Shown here piece by piece: positions 28,580-43,272 of a stretch of 64,000 nt of DNA; position 1 is the first letter of the stretch, and each line of letters starts with the position of its first letter. The stretch comes from Eledone cirrhosa (taxonomy: Eukaryota), in contig OZ024742.1 of assembly GCA_964016885.1 (NCBI GenBank), positions 279,682,001 to 279,746,000 of the forward strand. Direction: 5' to 3'. The notes under the pieces were generated by a model, which did no database searches, was not told where the DNA came from, and saw only the letters and a program-made list of their open reading frames with translations. The position numbers were made by a program, and so were the translations under genes.

Positions 28580-31550
28580 TATCACCGCGATGATGCACTT
28601 CTACTTATAGATTATAAAACATTCAATATAGAAAGAACTAGAAAACTATTGCACAAGACATTCAAAAACTATAACCTTAGTATTACCATGGACAAAAACA
28701 CTAAAAACGTGAACTTCCTGGACGCCACCCTCTACCTAGACTCAAAGATCTATGCACCTTTCCATAAACCTAATGAAAAACTCATTTACGTAGATACCAA
28801 GTCTAACCACCCTAGATCTATATTAAACTCTATCTCTAAGGGAGTATCTAATAGAATCACTAATCTATCCTATGACGTAAACATATTTAGCAAAAACTCG
28901 CAATATTATAATCAGGCATTAGCTAGATCAGGCTATAATATAGAGATCGAGTTTCTACCTACAAAAACACATAGCTACAACATTATTTGGCACAACATGT
29001 CCATGAGGAAATTTAGTAATAGGAATAGCAACCACACACACACTAATACGGAGGATGCCAACAAAAGTAACCCACACCACAGAAATTACCATAGTACCAT
29101 AAAAGGAAACAACTCACCAGACATAAAAACAAAAATAGAAAAAGAAATAATACATTTTTCAACCCGCCTTTCAATCTAAACGTCTCTACCAACCTACCTA
29201 GGGCTTTCTTCTCACTACTAGATAAAAACTTCCCATCCGGCCACAAGTACCATAGCCTTTTAAACAAAAACACTATTAAAATCTCCTACTCTACTACGCC
29301 TAACATAGCATACCACATAGATAGTAGCAATAAAAGAAAAATTAATTCTTACTTCCAGCAAACTAAATCACAACAGACGATAAACCTTCAAAATAACATT
29401 ATAGCAACTAACCCTAATATCAATAGAAATAATAGTAATAGCACTAGTGTAAACAATAACGCTGGGAACGTCAACCCACATAACCATAACCCTATAGCTA
29501 CCATACAGACTTCTACACAACATAATAACCGGCAGACTAACACCCAGAATAATTGTAACTGTAGATCAAATAGAACCTGCCCTTTAGATAAAAAATGCTT
29601 AACCAAGGATATCATATGCTCATGCACAGTCACAACTAACAACTCTTCTGAAACCTATGTAGGCTCTACTTCAAACTGCTTGAAAACCAGATACAATTCG
29701 GACCTCCACTCTTTCAAAAAACACAGTCTAGCCAACTCCACTTCACTATCAAGCTACATACACTATCTAAAAACTAAAAATAAACCATATACACTTAAAT
29801 GGGAAGTGATAGGTAACGCGACATCGTACAAACCACCTAATAAATTTTGTAACCTCTGCCTGCTAGAGACCCATACTCTCATCTTCTCAAACCATAACCT
29901 CCTTAATAAAAAATCAGAAGTGTTCGCGTCTTGCCAACACCGCTTCCGACACTCCTTCCAAAACTTTAAACCCAATATATAACAATGTCAGACTTGTACC
30001 CGTCACCACCTCTAGCAACAATCATCAGGGGCCCACCTTACACCTCATCTCCACACCCATTAATCCACTTTAACGCAAATAGTGACATCTTCCTAGTACC
30101 TTTTACCCTAGAGATATCCCCATGTACTTCTACTTTTGGTATATTGGCCTTCAACTACTTTGACCACATTACACCAATATATAATTAATGTAAACTTTAA
30201 GCACGGAATTGGTTGTGCTAACATTGTCCTGTGTATGTAGTGCCATCATTGGATAAATGGAAGATTAAGTAATTCATTTATTAACATAAAAGAGCTATAT
30301 AATCTATATGCTTAGTACAATGAATTATGTACAGGTGATGTATGAGTTATAAATACATGTATGACTTGATGGTCAGATTAGTGGCTTTGTAAGTGAGAGT
30401 TGATCTCTGGACTACCCTAGTGATATTTAACTTTGCCATGCAATCAGACATGGAATGACCCAGAGCTTACCAGGTGTCATATATAGAAGTGATTCTAATA
30501 AGACCCTGCCAGGTTCTGCGGGTGGACTACACTTACAAAGATCATTGATTTGGAGATTTGACTCTTCATGTGGAATATTCGGTGGTGGCACTCTATGATA
30601 GAAGGTAATCATCCTAATATAAACACCTTTAGTACTTCTTGAAAGACTACACTGTAATTTATAGATAAGATACTTAAATTTAGAAATTGTTTATAACCTT
30701 ATATGATAGGAACTCATTTGAGACACCATTAATGTACTTTAGGATAATAAATTTAGCTATAGAAATCAGCTAGTTACCTCCTCTTACGCATTAAAACCCC
30801 TTAATCACACCCACACTTCCGGAATATAATACGAAGTCAACTCTCACAACAAATACAATCTGCTCTATAGAATCGAATTAAAGAACGACAAGCTGTGATG
30901 TTCTAGCATGGTTCACCAGGCACCCAATGTTAAATCATCGTGGATTGTGTGATGGACATATAGTCTATAAATTGCGTTTCCTGGATTGTGAGAGCGGTGG
31001 TGTGTACGAGGACAGTGGTGCTGTTTTGCTTCTCATTTGTAATATTTTTGATATTTTTGGTGTTTCTCTACACACGGGCTTCTATATCGTACAGGTGTGT
31101 GTGAATAATGCTTTACCAGTACAGCCCCCATGATGCTCTTAATTACCTGCTTTGACTGCTTGTTTTACATGTAACAATCTGCCGCACTATAATCTGGTAT
31201 AAATAATAGGACACGCGTGCATGCCACACGTGTGACTGTTGCATACACTGGCTACTCCAAACTTTCTTCTTGCTTTATCTTAGTAAACTGCCAATGTTTT
31301 ATTTTAATTTTAATTTTAATTTTAACTTTAATTTTGTCCTTTAATACGACTGTAATCTTTGTATGTAAATGACCATGCTATATTATTATAATGGATGTCA
31401 ACCAATTGTGGGTCAATATATACATATGTTTCTATATGTCTCTTGTGTTGAAAAGGAGATCAAGTATGTTAAAAATCACTGAATAATTACCCCGAAGACT
31501 CCAAACCTCGGTTTGGAAGAAACAATTGTAAGCAAATGAATGATTTAAAC
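28580..31550 (+). mobile_element. 5'-truncated Penelope-like element with long 3' region
   Basis: RDD near 28587, NFLDATL, SNHP, YNQALARSGY, CNCR..CPL..CL, YVGST, CNLCLLE, LLNKKSE..CQH; degenerate HHR just before (TA)n. The 3' extent is inferred. Confidence 0.8.
31487..31535 (+). ncRNA. Degenerate or variant hammerhead (CCGAAGA core)
   Basis: ttacc-CCGAAGA-cTCCAAACC tc GGTTTGGAa-GAAA-CAATTG-TA-agcaa. Confidence 0.6.
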
Positions 31551-31594
31551 AGAACTTTGATTCATGTAATCTATATATATATACATATATATAC

Positions 31595-31702
<108 letters not shown>

Positions 31703-32065
31703 GTATGTGTGTGTGTCTACGTATGTATGTTTGTGACCTCGATGAGTGGGTGTTTGAGTATGAATATGTTAGTGTTTATGTGTGTAGTATGTCTCTGCTC
31801 TGCTATTCTGTGCGGTTGCTGTAATGGAATTGAGAATTGCAGATTTATTAAATCAGAATACTTAAAGCCTTAACATCTGTAAAATCTCTCCGCTGTTCCA
31901 CTCTATTGTTGTTCTCTTTTATATGTTTTTTCCCTAATCTTTATCTCTTATTTTCTATAATGCCCAGCCTTCGATAACCTCTCAAAGTAATGTATAATTT
32001 GATTTCTCTGAATGATAGACGAAATAAATAGAAATGGAGAAAGACACAACTTAAATATATCTATA

Positions 32066-32098
<33 letters not shown>

Positions 32099-32267
32099 CG
32101 CACCAACCCACAAAATATATAGGAAGCACACAAGGATCAATTGATTACAGAAGGAAAGCAAATATACAGTACGTACATACACATACACCTCTTTCTCTCT
32201 CTCTCTCTCTGTGTCTCCCTCTCTACATATATATATATATGTATATATAAATATGTGTGTGTGTGTG

Positions 32268-32327
<60 letters not shown>

Positions 32328-32581
32328 TATACATTTATTGTTTTACTAATTTCAATCATTGGCCTGCGGTTATGTAAGGACACACCCATAAAGAGTGCTA
32401 TCGATTATATCAGCGTCAGTACTTTGTTTGGCACGTTGGTACTTATTTTAAGCTCGTAAAGGGAGAAAAGATAAAATCTTCGTGGCCATTATATTTGCCG
32501 GTGAGAATAATACAAAATATATTTGTTCGACAATTTTTTTATTGGCGCCAATCTATATGTATGTAGTATTAATAATAATTA

Positions 32582-33720
32582 TTTCTTTATTAGCTACGCA
32601 AGGCTCGCATGGAGAAAACATTATGGCTGGTACATGATGGCGCGGGACCATACGGCATGGGATTTTGCATGTAAAATGTCATGAAACAAAAAATGAGGAA
32701 TACATGTAAAACAAATTCATACTAAGTAAATTCTGTCATGACTTCGGATGACTTCGGAGAGTAACACATGGAGAATGCCCACAAAAAGCCAAGGTCTCCT
32801 TGACCAGCAAGGCAAGTGCACTGTCGCAATCTTCCCCATCCAATCTAGAGGTGAATACTCAGAGCAGGTGCATTTACTCAGACCTTCCACTTAACTTCTG
32901 AGAAGGAAGCACTTCCCTCTCTACTCTGATTTTCGTTATCAAGTTAAATTTGAATAATTCAACTAGGGCTTCGTCAAAGGAGAAAGTGTCCACCACACGA
33001 CTTCTTTCGCTATGGACATCAGATAAAATCTGCCAGCCCTTCCCGGCTAAAAAAGGCGGTGATCATCTCACTATGTGATGCTTGTCAGGACTATGGTGAC
33101 GTTCTCATATGCTGACGCGGATCTCCTACAACTTGGTTCACGTGGTACGCCCATCAATTGGTGGAGTAATGGTTCAAGACTCAATACATACAAAAGGGAC
33201 GAGAGCGGATGCCCTTACCTTCTGTGTCCAAAATAATGGTCCTTATCGAAATCCAAGGATCTTCGCAACAGAACGACTCCACCTCCAGATCAGGGATAGT
33301 TTGGAGATGTATACACATCGTAGCCCCCAAGCTCATGAGCAAACAACACCACATACAGAAGAATCGTGCTATTAAAAAGCTCCAGCGAAAAATCTGATGG
33401 CCCATATAGCACAAAGAGATTGAGGGGGGAAGACATTTAAAGTGACTGGCAGCAACACATTTAAAGTGACTGAATCTTTAATGATGGTAGGAATGTCACT
33501 GAGTGCCTACAAATGCATTAGGGAAAGCTTTCCGCATGTCGTGGGGTCCCCTATTGTGTACGCCTTTAAAGGGGTTCGCAAATGAAACCTCCCCAAATAT
33601 GTGGTCCATACACCAGAGCTCGAACATTTCCCGTTGTGTAAGTAGCCCCCACTTTTTTCTCTCTTCACTAAGCAGTCGACCTGGATATTATAAGTGTAAG
33701 ATGCATAAGTTCCCCTGCTA
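32582..33720 (-). mobile_element. Old Tx1-family 3' fragment
   Basis: Reverse complement ends gctaataaagaaa; gaaaatcagagtagagagggaagtg corresponds to RIRMEREV of the other copies. Confidence 0.65.
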
Positions 33721-33759
33721 AACGACCACAGGTCAATAGATATATGTATGTGACTGCCA

Positions 33760-34530
33760 TCAACAAAACAATGATTTCCGTACGGACGATCTTCATTGAA
33801 ACGGACGGTAAGCTGGTGTTCCTTGATGTGAGCAATAGTGAAGCTGGCGCCTTTTGATCAGAGGATTTTTTCTGGCATCTGGAAGCTTTTCTAGGAACGT
33901 TTCGACATGTAATTTTAGCGGATAACTGCAAAGGCATCTTAGATGCATACTAAGAATATGTGGGGTAGCCGATAGAAGCGGGCTGGGAGAAAGCCTTAAG
34001 AATCTGATGAGGCAGTTCCAACTCTCTGACGAGTACCGATAATTTCCCGAAGGCGCCAGTGTTAACTTACACCAACCGCGCAGGTTCAACTAGATCATAT
34101 ATCGATTGGAATTTAGATAAGCAAATAGGGATAGCATCGGGTGTTCAAAAATCCAAATGGTCACACACTTAGACCACAAATTTGTGGCCTGTATGGTTGA
34201 CCTAAAAAGAACCTGGACACAGGAACCTGCTTATTGAAAGCTTAACACGTCGTACACGGCAAGTAAAGCTTACTGAGTCCAGGTTAACACTGATGTTAAG
34301 CAAATGTTAACAGAAGGAATTATCAGCAACATGTGATAGTGTGCTCTTACGGGAGAATCAATAGCTTTTAACTATGAAGTAGTGATAGAAAGTCAGAAAG
34401 CAGAGGAGTTTGTAGAGACATTAGAAGAGGCAACCAGAAGATGCATTACAACCGATGTGTTAGCGGCGAAACAGGAAGGTGGCAATGTGAAGGCAAAGTT
34501 GTGTGGTGTGAGAAATGAGAAAACGAAAGC
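33760..34530 (+). mobile_element. Old Tx1-family endonuclease/linker fragment
   Basis: Aligns by eye to 11975-12790 (cttgatgtgagcaatagtgaag, gaccacaaa, ttagaagaggcaa). Confidence 0.7.
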
Positions 34531-34659
34531 TCTTCGAATTCGACCCAAGTCCGTGAGATCAGCTTCGAGTAAGCTCCTTAATATTCTGAAATTAAATTAT
34601 AATTCTCATAGCAACAATAATGAACCTCCGACTATTAGATATTAACACCTGAACATTAG

Positions 34660-35450
34660 GTAATACGATTAACAATAGAAGTCTCCACACATGCTTTAAT
34701 CCACCTGCTAGTAAACGTATTACTTCAAATATAACTTAGTGGTTCTTTAGTATAATTGATAGACATTTACCTCAATCACATATGTACTATAAACTGTTAC
34801 ATAAAACTATTATCTAATTTTCCTTCATCACAACACCTAATTTAGCAGTTTATTTGGCCTCTAGCAACTGGGTAAAATTGAATAAGTATAATTTGATATC
34901 AGGCAATATACCTAACTCTGCCAAAACATCAGAAAGGAAACCTAGGATAAAATGTCACACTTATAGTAGTCCAAACCATTTACATAAACTTAATACTGTA
35001 TATAATACTCAGTGTAACCCAATAGTTAACCATAACTGCAACTGCAAACAACCACAAAGTAGCCCTCTTAAAGATAATTGCCTAGTATCTAACATAGTAT
35101 ATCAGTCAACTGTTTGTACACCTACTTGTACTAAAATTTACATCTGTGCTATATCGAAGAGTTTTAAATCATTGTACTCCTCCCACGCTGATTCTTTTAG
35201 GAAGGAAAAACTGAGCAATTAAACATCGCTCGACAGTTTTGAATGGGATATTAAAAGATCGTACAGTTTTTATTCACTTTCTTAGTCACGTGTAAAAACC
35301 GCAAAATCTCCTGAGCCAGGTAAACTGAAATGTAATTTGTGTTTATTTGAGTGCACTTTAATAGCTAATTCTAATCTAAATTTATTGATTAGGAATTTGG
35401 AAATAGTTTCAACGTGCACACAGGAGTTCTTTCTCTTTTATTATTGTAAA
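34660..35450 (+). pseudogene. Degraded PLE GIY-YIG fragment
   Basis: FNPP motif, CNCKQPQSSPLKDNCLVSNIVY, HADSF, CNLCL.E. Confidence 0.8.
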
Positions 35451-35904
35451 TGTGACTCCTTATATTATACAATTAATATAACTTAAAAATAATTTTAGGA
35501 ACTATACCTATCCATATTCTTAACACGAAACATGTTGCTGTAACAACTGATGATCGAGTCCTACGACATTAGTATTAGAATTAAGTCCATTAAATTTGCA
35601 TTAACTATATGTAGATATACACAGGGGTTTTACAATTAAATACATAGATAATTTTATTTAGTCGTATATGACTCAATGTATACTGATATTGAATGTCACC
35701 ATCTAATTTATAGCGTGTAAACATGCATTAGCCGGTTTTGTAATTGAACTCCTGATTATTGTAAATACAGACATCTTTTCAAATACCAACCATAATAAAA
35801 TACATCTCCATAAAAAGCGTCTAGTCAAATAACGCTGTTAAACAGTACTTGAAAATATACATTACAGGAATGCGCTACATGTAGACATTCTGTAGATATA
35901 ATAG

Positions 35905-36112
35905 GTTCCAATGTTGGCACAAAGTCAGCAATTTTGGGGGAGGGGAAGTCGATTAAGTCGATTAAGTCGACCCCAGTGCGTTTATTTCATCGACCCTGTA
36001 AGAATGAAAGTCAACGTTCACCTCGGTGGAACTTGAACTCAGAACGTAAAGGGCATAACTCTATGCTGCAAAGGATGGTATCTGAAGTTGTAACAATACT
36101 GCCAATTCACCA
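35905..36112 (-). mobile_element. Diverged tRNA-derived SINE
   Basis: ttggcacaa...atcgaccc...gaatgaaag...ttgaactcagaacgtaaag...ctgccaattcacc. Confidence 0.75.
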
Positions 36113-36599
36113 ACATATAATATGCTTGTGTTTACATACATGAACAGAAATTAGAGCACGAGGATTTATTTTTTTGCATGAGGAATTATTTTTTGCTTAA
36201 ATCACATTGCATAATACTAAACATTACTACTTTTCGCTAAATTGCCTATGAATCTATTTCCGATGTTTGGCTACTATTAAAATTATTTGTGCCAAACGTA
36301 GCAACAATTATTAAAATTATTTTATTATTATATCTATTATTTGCTCATTAACGCTTGCATATCGGTCAGTTGTGACATACATTCCTCAAATTTAATATTG
36401 GTTTCCTGGGGAGGTTTATGATATGTGATTACAATTAATTGATTTCCGAATTCGTATTCCTTGTTTGCAATTACATTTCTTTAAAACGAAACGGACGAAG
36501 AAAGTAATAAAATGATTTCAACTATAATCTTTAGTATTTACATAGATTGAGCTACTCGTGTACAAAAATGCAGTTGTACATATGTACACACACAAACAA

Positions 36600-36667
<68 letters not shown>

Positions 36668-36722
36668 ATGCATATATATATATGTATATATTTATATATA
36701 TGTATATATATATGTATATATG

Positions 36723-36760
<38 letters not shown>

Positions 36761-36773
36761 TGTATGTATATAT

Positions 36774-37864
36774 GTCAGGTCACCACTTGGTGCTATTGGT
36801 AACATGTATCCCAGTACAACCTGTCTCATGGTCGGGTCGTTGGCGACTAAACTGGCAACCCCACCAAGGTTTCTTGGTGAGGAGGGTGACTTTGGACATC
36901 CTGCAGGACTAAAAACAAAACCTGTCAAAGGGCAAAGGAGCTCTTAAGAGTCAATGGCCATCCAAAATCACTGGGAGAGATGACCCCTTAGCCTTTGTCA
37001 AGGCAGAATTCTAGGAGAAGGAAAACTCTGATATAACACCTGCAACCCTGATGGTATCCAATGATGTTGACTTGTTCTTCTTTTTGGTAAATATCATCTT
37101 GGTTAAGAGAGTGGGACTGGCTTTGTGCAGTGCCTTTGCTCACTATAAAAGCTTCATGGCACAGGCATTGCTTTGTATCTGGAGATCTCTCTGCACTTGT
37201 CGTCACATGGTACCAAAGGTAAAGCACTATGTGTCAATAATTGTCACAAGTGTAGTGTTTGTACCAGAGTTTTCAAGTCGCTGGCTGGACTAAAATGTCA
37301 CATTCGTTCAGCGCATCGGTAGGGGTTCTCCTACATGGATATAAAGTAGTGGCCGTACTCGAAAACGAGTTGGCAACCACCATATGTATATATATATATA
37401 TGTATATATATGTATATATATATATATGTATGTATATATGTATATATATATATACATATCAGAGTTTTCCTTCTCCTAGAATTCTGCCTTGACAAAGGCT
37501 AAGGGGTCATCTCTGATATAACACCTGCAACCCTGATGGTAGCCAGTGATGTTGACTTGTTCTTCTTTTTGGTAAATATCATCTTGGTTAAGAGAGTGGA
37601 ACTGGCTTTGTGCAGTTCCTTTGCTCACTATAAAAGCTTCAGGGCCCAGGCATTGCTTTATATCTGGAGATCTCCCTGCACTTGTCATCACATGGTACCA
37701 CGGGCCCAGCACTATTTGTCAATAATTGTCACAAGTGTAGTGTTTGTACCAGAGTTTTCAAGACGCTGGCTGGACTATAAATTCACACTCGTTCAGCGCA
37801 TCGGTAGGAGTCCTCGTACATGGATATAAAGTAGTGGCCGTAATCGAAAACGAGTTGGCAGCCA

Positions 37865-37868
<4 letters not shown>
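36774..37868 (+). mobile_element. RTE-like 5'-region repeat with internal duplication (37030-37383 vs 37513-37868); relative on the minus strand at 41238-41530
   Basis: Direct duplication is visible; ggcgactaaac and ctaggagaaggaaaactctga resemble RTE 5' UTR motifs (recalled, unverified). Confidence 0.5.
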
Positions 37869-37923
<55 letters not shown>

Positions 37924-37934
37924 TGTATATATAC

Positions 37935-37965
<31 letters not shown>

Positions 37966-38064
37966 AATGGAATAGAATGAAACGAAATTTCATTTCTCAC
38001 TCTTAGTACGGCACTTATTTAAATGTATACGTACATACATATATGTATACAGACGTACAGTAGC

Positions 38065-38127
<63 letters not shown>

Positions 38128-38277
38128 CAGGCACACATATATCTATGCACGTATCAGTTTACCGAACATTTATTATAATGTTCGCTTTGTTCGTTTGTAA
38201 ACAAAGGAACAGCCTGATTTACGCCGTACAGTGTTTAGGCAACCACGTCACCTTTTTGTTCAACACTGACACAGAAA

Positions 38278-38318
38278 CGATGTACTAGTTTCAAGCTTGT
38301 TAGCTATCGTCAGCACCG
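38278..38318 (-). ncRNA. Minimal type I hammerhead, copy 1
   Basis: Reverse complement reads CGGTG-CTGACGA-tAGCT aaca AGCTt-GAAA-CTAG-TA-CATCG. Confidence 0.85.
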
Positions 38319-38729
38319 TATACCTTACTGCCAGATGGTTGAACGTCCGAAAGTATATACTTTCCTTATGAAAATTGACGGCTGAGCAGCCCAATTTGCA
38401 TATCGAGGGAGTTCAGTCGGCCAGGCGCACCGAAAACGATAAATGGAATAGAATGAAACGAAATTTCATTTCTCACTCTTAGTACGGCACTTACTTAAAT
38501 GTAAGTATGTATGTATACGTACATACATATATGTATACAGACGTACAGTAGCATGTATATATATATATATATATACATACAGGCACACATATATATATGC
38601 ACGTATCAGTTTACTGAACATTTATTTTAATGTTCTCTTTGTTCGTTTGTAAACAAACGAACAGCCTGATTTACGCCGTACAGTGTTTAGGCAACCACGT
38701 CACGTTTTTGTTCAACACTGACACAGGAA

Positions 38730-38770
38730 CGATGTACTAGTTTCAAGCTTGTTAGCTATCGTCAGCACCG
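38730..38770 (-). ncRNA. Minimal type I hammerhead, copy 2
   Basis: Identical to copy 1. Confidence 0.85.
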
Positions 38771-39003
38771 TATACCTTACTGCCAGATGGTTGAACGTCC
38801 GAAAGTATATACTTTCCTTATGAAAATTAACGGCTGAGCAGCCCAATTTGCATATCGAGTGAGTTCAGTCGGCCAGGCGCACCGAAAACGATAAATGGAA
38901 TAGAATGAAACGAAATTTCATTTCTCACTCTTAAACGGCACTTACTTAAATGTAAGTATGTATATATACGTACATACATATATGTATACAGACGTACAGT
39001 AGC

Positions 39004-39054
<51 letters not shown>

Positions 39055-39216
39055 CAGGCACACATATATATATACATATATATATGCTCGTATCAGTTTA
39101 CCGAACATTTGTTATAATGTTCGCTTTGTTCGTTTGTAAACAAACGAACAGCCTGATTTACGCCGTACAGTGTTTAGGCAACCACATCACCTTTTTGTTC
39201 AACACTGACAGAGGAA

Positions 39217-39257
39217 CGATGTACTAGTTTCAAGCTTGTTAGCTATCGTCAGCACCG
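39217..39257 (-). ncRNA. Minimal type I hammerhead, copy 3
   Basis: Identical to copy 1. Confidence 0.85.
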
Positions 39258-39545
39258 TATACCTTTCTGCCAGATGGTTGAACGTCCGAAAGTATATACT
39301 TTCCTTATGAAAATTAACGGCTGAGCAGTTGCGATTAGAGAGATTATTAACGAGTGACCTAGTGTTATCTATAGAAGAAATTGGATTGGAGAAGTTATTT
39401 CCGATAGGAATAATAGTTTCTTGATTTAGAATGGGATTAAGAACATTTTTCCCAATATCACACATCAATCTAAAACTACTTTTCATATGTTGATTCAAAA
39501 CTGCACTATTCACAAGTATTTTTTAACCTTCATATCATGTCTTCC

Positions 39546-39616
39546 TATTTTATCTGATGAAAACACAAATATTATTGCATGATGATATTTGTTTTTGAAA
39601 TGCGCATAATAAAATA
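39546..39616 (+). ncRNA. Type I hammerhead, same family as 27879-27949
   Basis: TATTTTAT-CTGATGA-aaacACAAATATTATtgc atGATGATATTTGTtttt-GAAA-TGCGCA-TA-ATAAAATA; flanks 39478-39655 match 27815-27990. Confidence 0.82.
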
Positions 39617-39739
39617 CATGGAACTCTTTTAACCATCTTTTGATCTTATATATTATGTATACTCCAGTCCTACACACTGTAGAGTGCTTCTTATCCGATA
39701 TCTGCATTGCTTTATTGTACTACAATAAATCTCACCTCC

Positions 39740-40940
<1,201 letters not shown>

Positions 40941-41148
40941 TAAACCACTTGTCTGTGTAAGTCTCTGGATTTATATTGCATGTGGTTATGCTTTGCCGGC
41001 TAGAGATTTGACAAAGAAAGATCGGTAAAAAAATATATCAGATAATATATATGTATATGTATGTATGTATGTATATATTTCTATGTCCGCGCACATATAC
41101 AAACATATGCACACATGCATATAATATATACATATATATACATACATA

Positions 41149-41200
<52 letters not shown>

Positions 41201-43178
41201 CATACATATATACATATGTATATACATATTTACACATTTTTGGATGGCCGTTGACTCTCATGAGTACTTCCACCGTTTGTCAGGTTTTATTTTTTGTCCT
41301 CCAGGGTGTCCAAAATCACCTTCCCCACCAAGTAAACTTAGTTGGGTTGTAGGTTTAGCCGCCGAGACCATGCGACAGTTTGTACTGGGTTAGATGTTAT
41401 CAGTAGCACTCAAACGTGACCCGACATAATCGGACTGGATAACTGATCGCGCGGTTACCTGATCGGAGTGAAGGACCCTTGCCTGTGTCAGGGCATTCTT
41501 CTAGGAGAAGGTAACTCCGACATAAAACCTGCGACTCAGTAGTTACCGATCGTGTTTCTCTTTTTTTCATTTTCAGGTTATAGCTACTGTCGCTCAGAGA
41601 GTGGGATTGGCTCAGTCCACCGTCTTTCCTCACTTTAAAATAATTTTCAGGCACAGAATTGCACGATAGAATTAATTAATAATTATTAATAATGGTATAT
41701 CGTGCATCACGAGGGGCAGCCATCAACATCATATATATATATAACGAAGGAGTTGTGGTAAGGAACCAGATGGACCATAACGCACCAGAGTACTCAATAC
41801 TTAGGATAGTAGAGTGGTTAATAGGAGAAAGTATGACCCCGACGGCAGAGCTCAAGCCGTTTCGACGGCTATATCTGGACTAAAGCAAGAGTTTTTTTTG
41901 TCTGGTAAATAAATAGCCGAACTTTTCAAGGGGTACTTCCTTATATGGGAAGATTGTAGTTGACAAGAGGACTGGTCAAAATTTGTAGCAGACACAGAAA
42001 AGTCTATCATGGCAGTGGGTGCGGAGTGGGGATGGCTGAACTTGCCTGTAGAACGATAGGCGAGTGGGTAGAGCCGGTCAAGCGTAGAAGGTGAAATCTA
42101 CATGGCAAATTCTAAGGAATGTGTATAAAAGTAGGCCAGTTGAGGTTGGCGAAAAAAGGTTTCTTTAGAAAGTGGAGGAGGGACGTTATAGAAATGGTAA
42201 ATCAAATGCGAATAGGGGACAATGAAAATATATAATAAAAGAGAATATGTTAAAAAATGAGAGAAAGATGTATCAGAATGTAAGATTGGAAAGTGAGAAG
42301 TGAAATAAAACAAAAACTAAGGAATCTAACACAGCTGCCATATTTAGTTGGTGCTGCTATTTCGGCCAAAGCTATAGAATTAGTTGCTAGAGGATAATTA
42401 TCGAAAATTTAAAATTAAAAATTAATACCACATCTCTGGGGTCTAACACAGCTGCTATGAATAGTTAGTATAGCGTAATCGGCGAATGCTATTTATAAGT
42501 TACTGGAGTGGGAGTACTGAGGCTAAAGAGGCCCGATGACTCTGAAACACCACACTTGCCGAATAAGATAGGGAAAACTCCTACTTATATAGGTAGATGC
42601 ACCTCTTTCCTTTTCCACTATGTTTTCTCCTTCCCTTTGTCTCCTCTTATCACTTCTTTCCACCACCGAATTTCTTCCTCGTTCGTTTCTTTGTTTTTCC
42701 CCCCTTTCGTCTACCCCGAGGTAGCCCATCGAAAAAAACCCAACGGAGTATTTTCAAACTTTACACGTGTAATAAGTATGGTCCCGTGCGTGTTTTGAGC
42801 AAACATTTCAAATTTTCAATGCCCTAGCCACTGCATTAGGCGATTTAGCGTACTCTGTCTATAATTTTTAGGCTTTCTCTTTTTAGATAGATACATAGAT
42901 ATAACGTTGCGCCCTTATAATATCTGTCTGTATGCCGGTCTGTCTGCAGTATGTCATTATGACGCGATGAGTGTGTGTGTGTATATATATAGTGTGTATA
43001 TATATATATATTCTTATGCCAATGTACCGTCTTCCTGTTTTCATTCGGTTGCAACGTTTTTCGAAATATTTACATCTGCGTTCACAGATTGATTTTTTTT
43101 ATTTTAGTTTCAGAAGATCCCGTTAAGAGTGAAAGTGAAAGCAGCGATTCTTTGCTTAAACTTTAATCTGTTAATTTA

Positions 43179-43270
<92 letters not shown>

Positions 43271-43272
43271 CA

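Larger units (their letters stand above)
37964..39328 (-). mobile_element. Retrozyme-like tandem array, three units of ~450-490 bp, each with a minimal HHR
   Basis: Units start ataaatggaatagaatg at 37964, 38439 and 38891; near-identical apart from internal (TA)n length; a terminal fragment also lies at ~8995-9036. Confidence 0.88.

Noticed and set aside
34000-34035. ctgatgag and ctgacgag pair
   Set aside because: Lies inside decayed Tx1 coding sequence; no partner GAAA or stems.
35525-35570. gaaacatg...ctgatga downstream of a PLE fragment
   Set aside because: Stem I and stem II cannot be closed in any hammerhead topology.
37964-39328. CRISPR-like array
   Set aside because: Whole units repeat with no unique spacers, and there are no cas genes; eukaryotic context.
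42528-42555. ccgatgactctgaaac as a hammerhead
   Set aside because: No stem II or cleavage triplet geometry.
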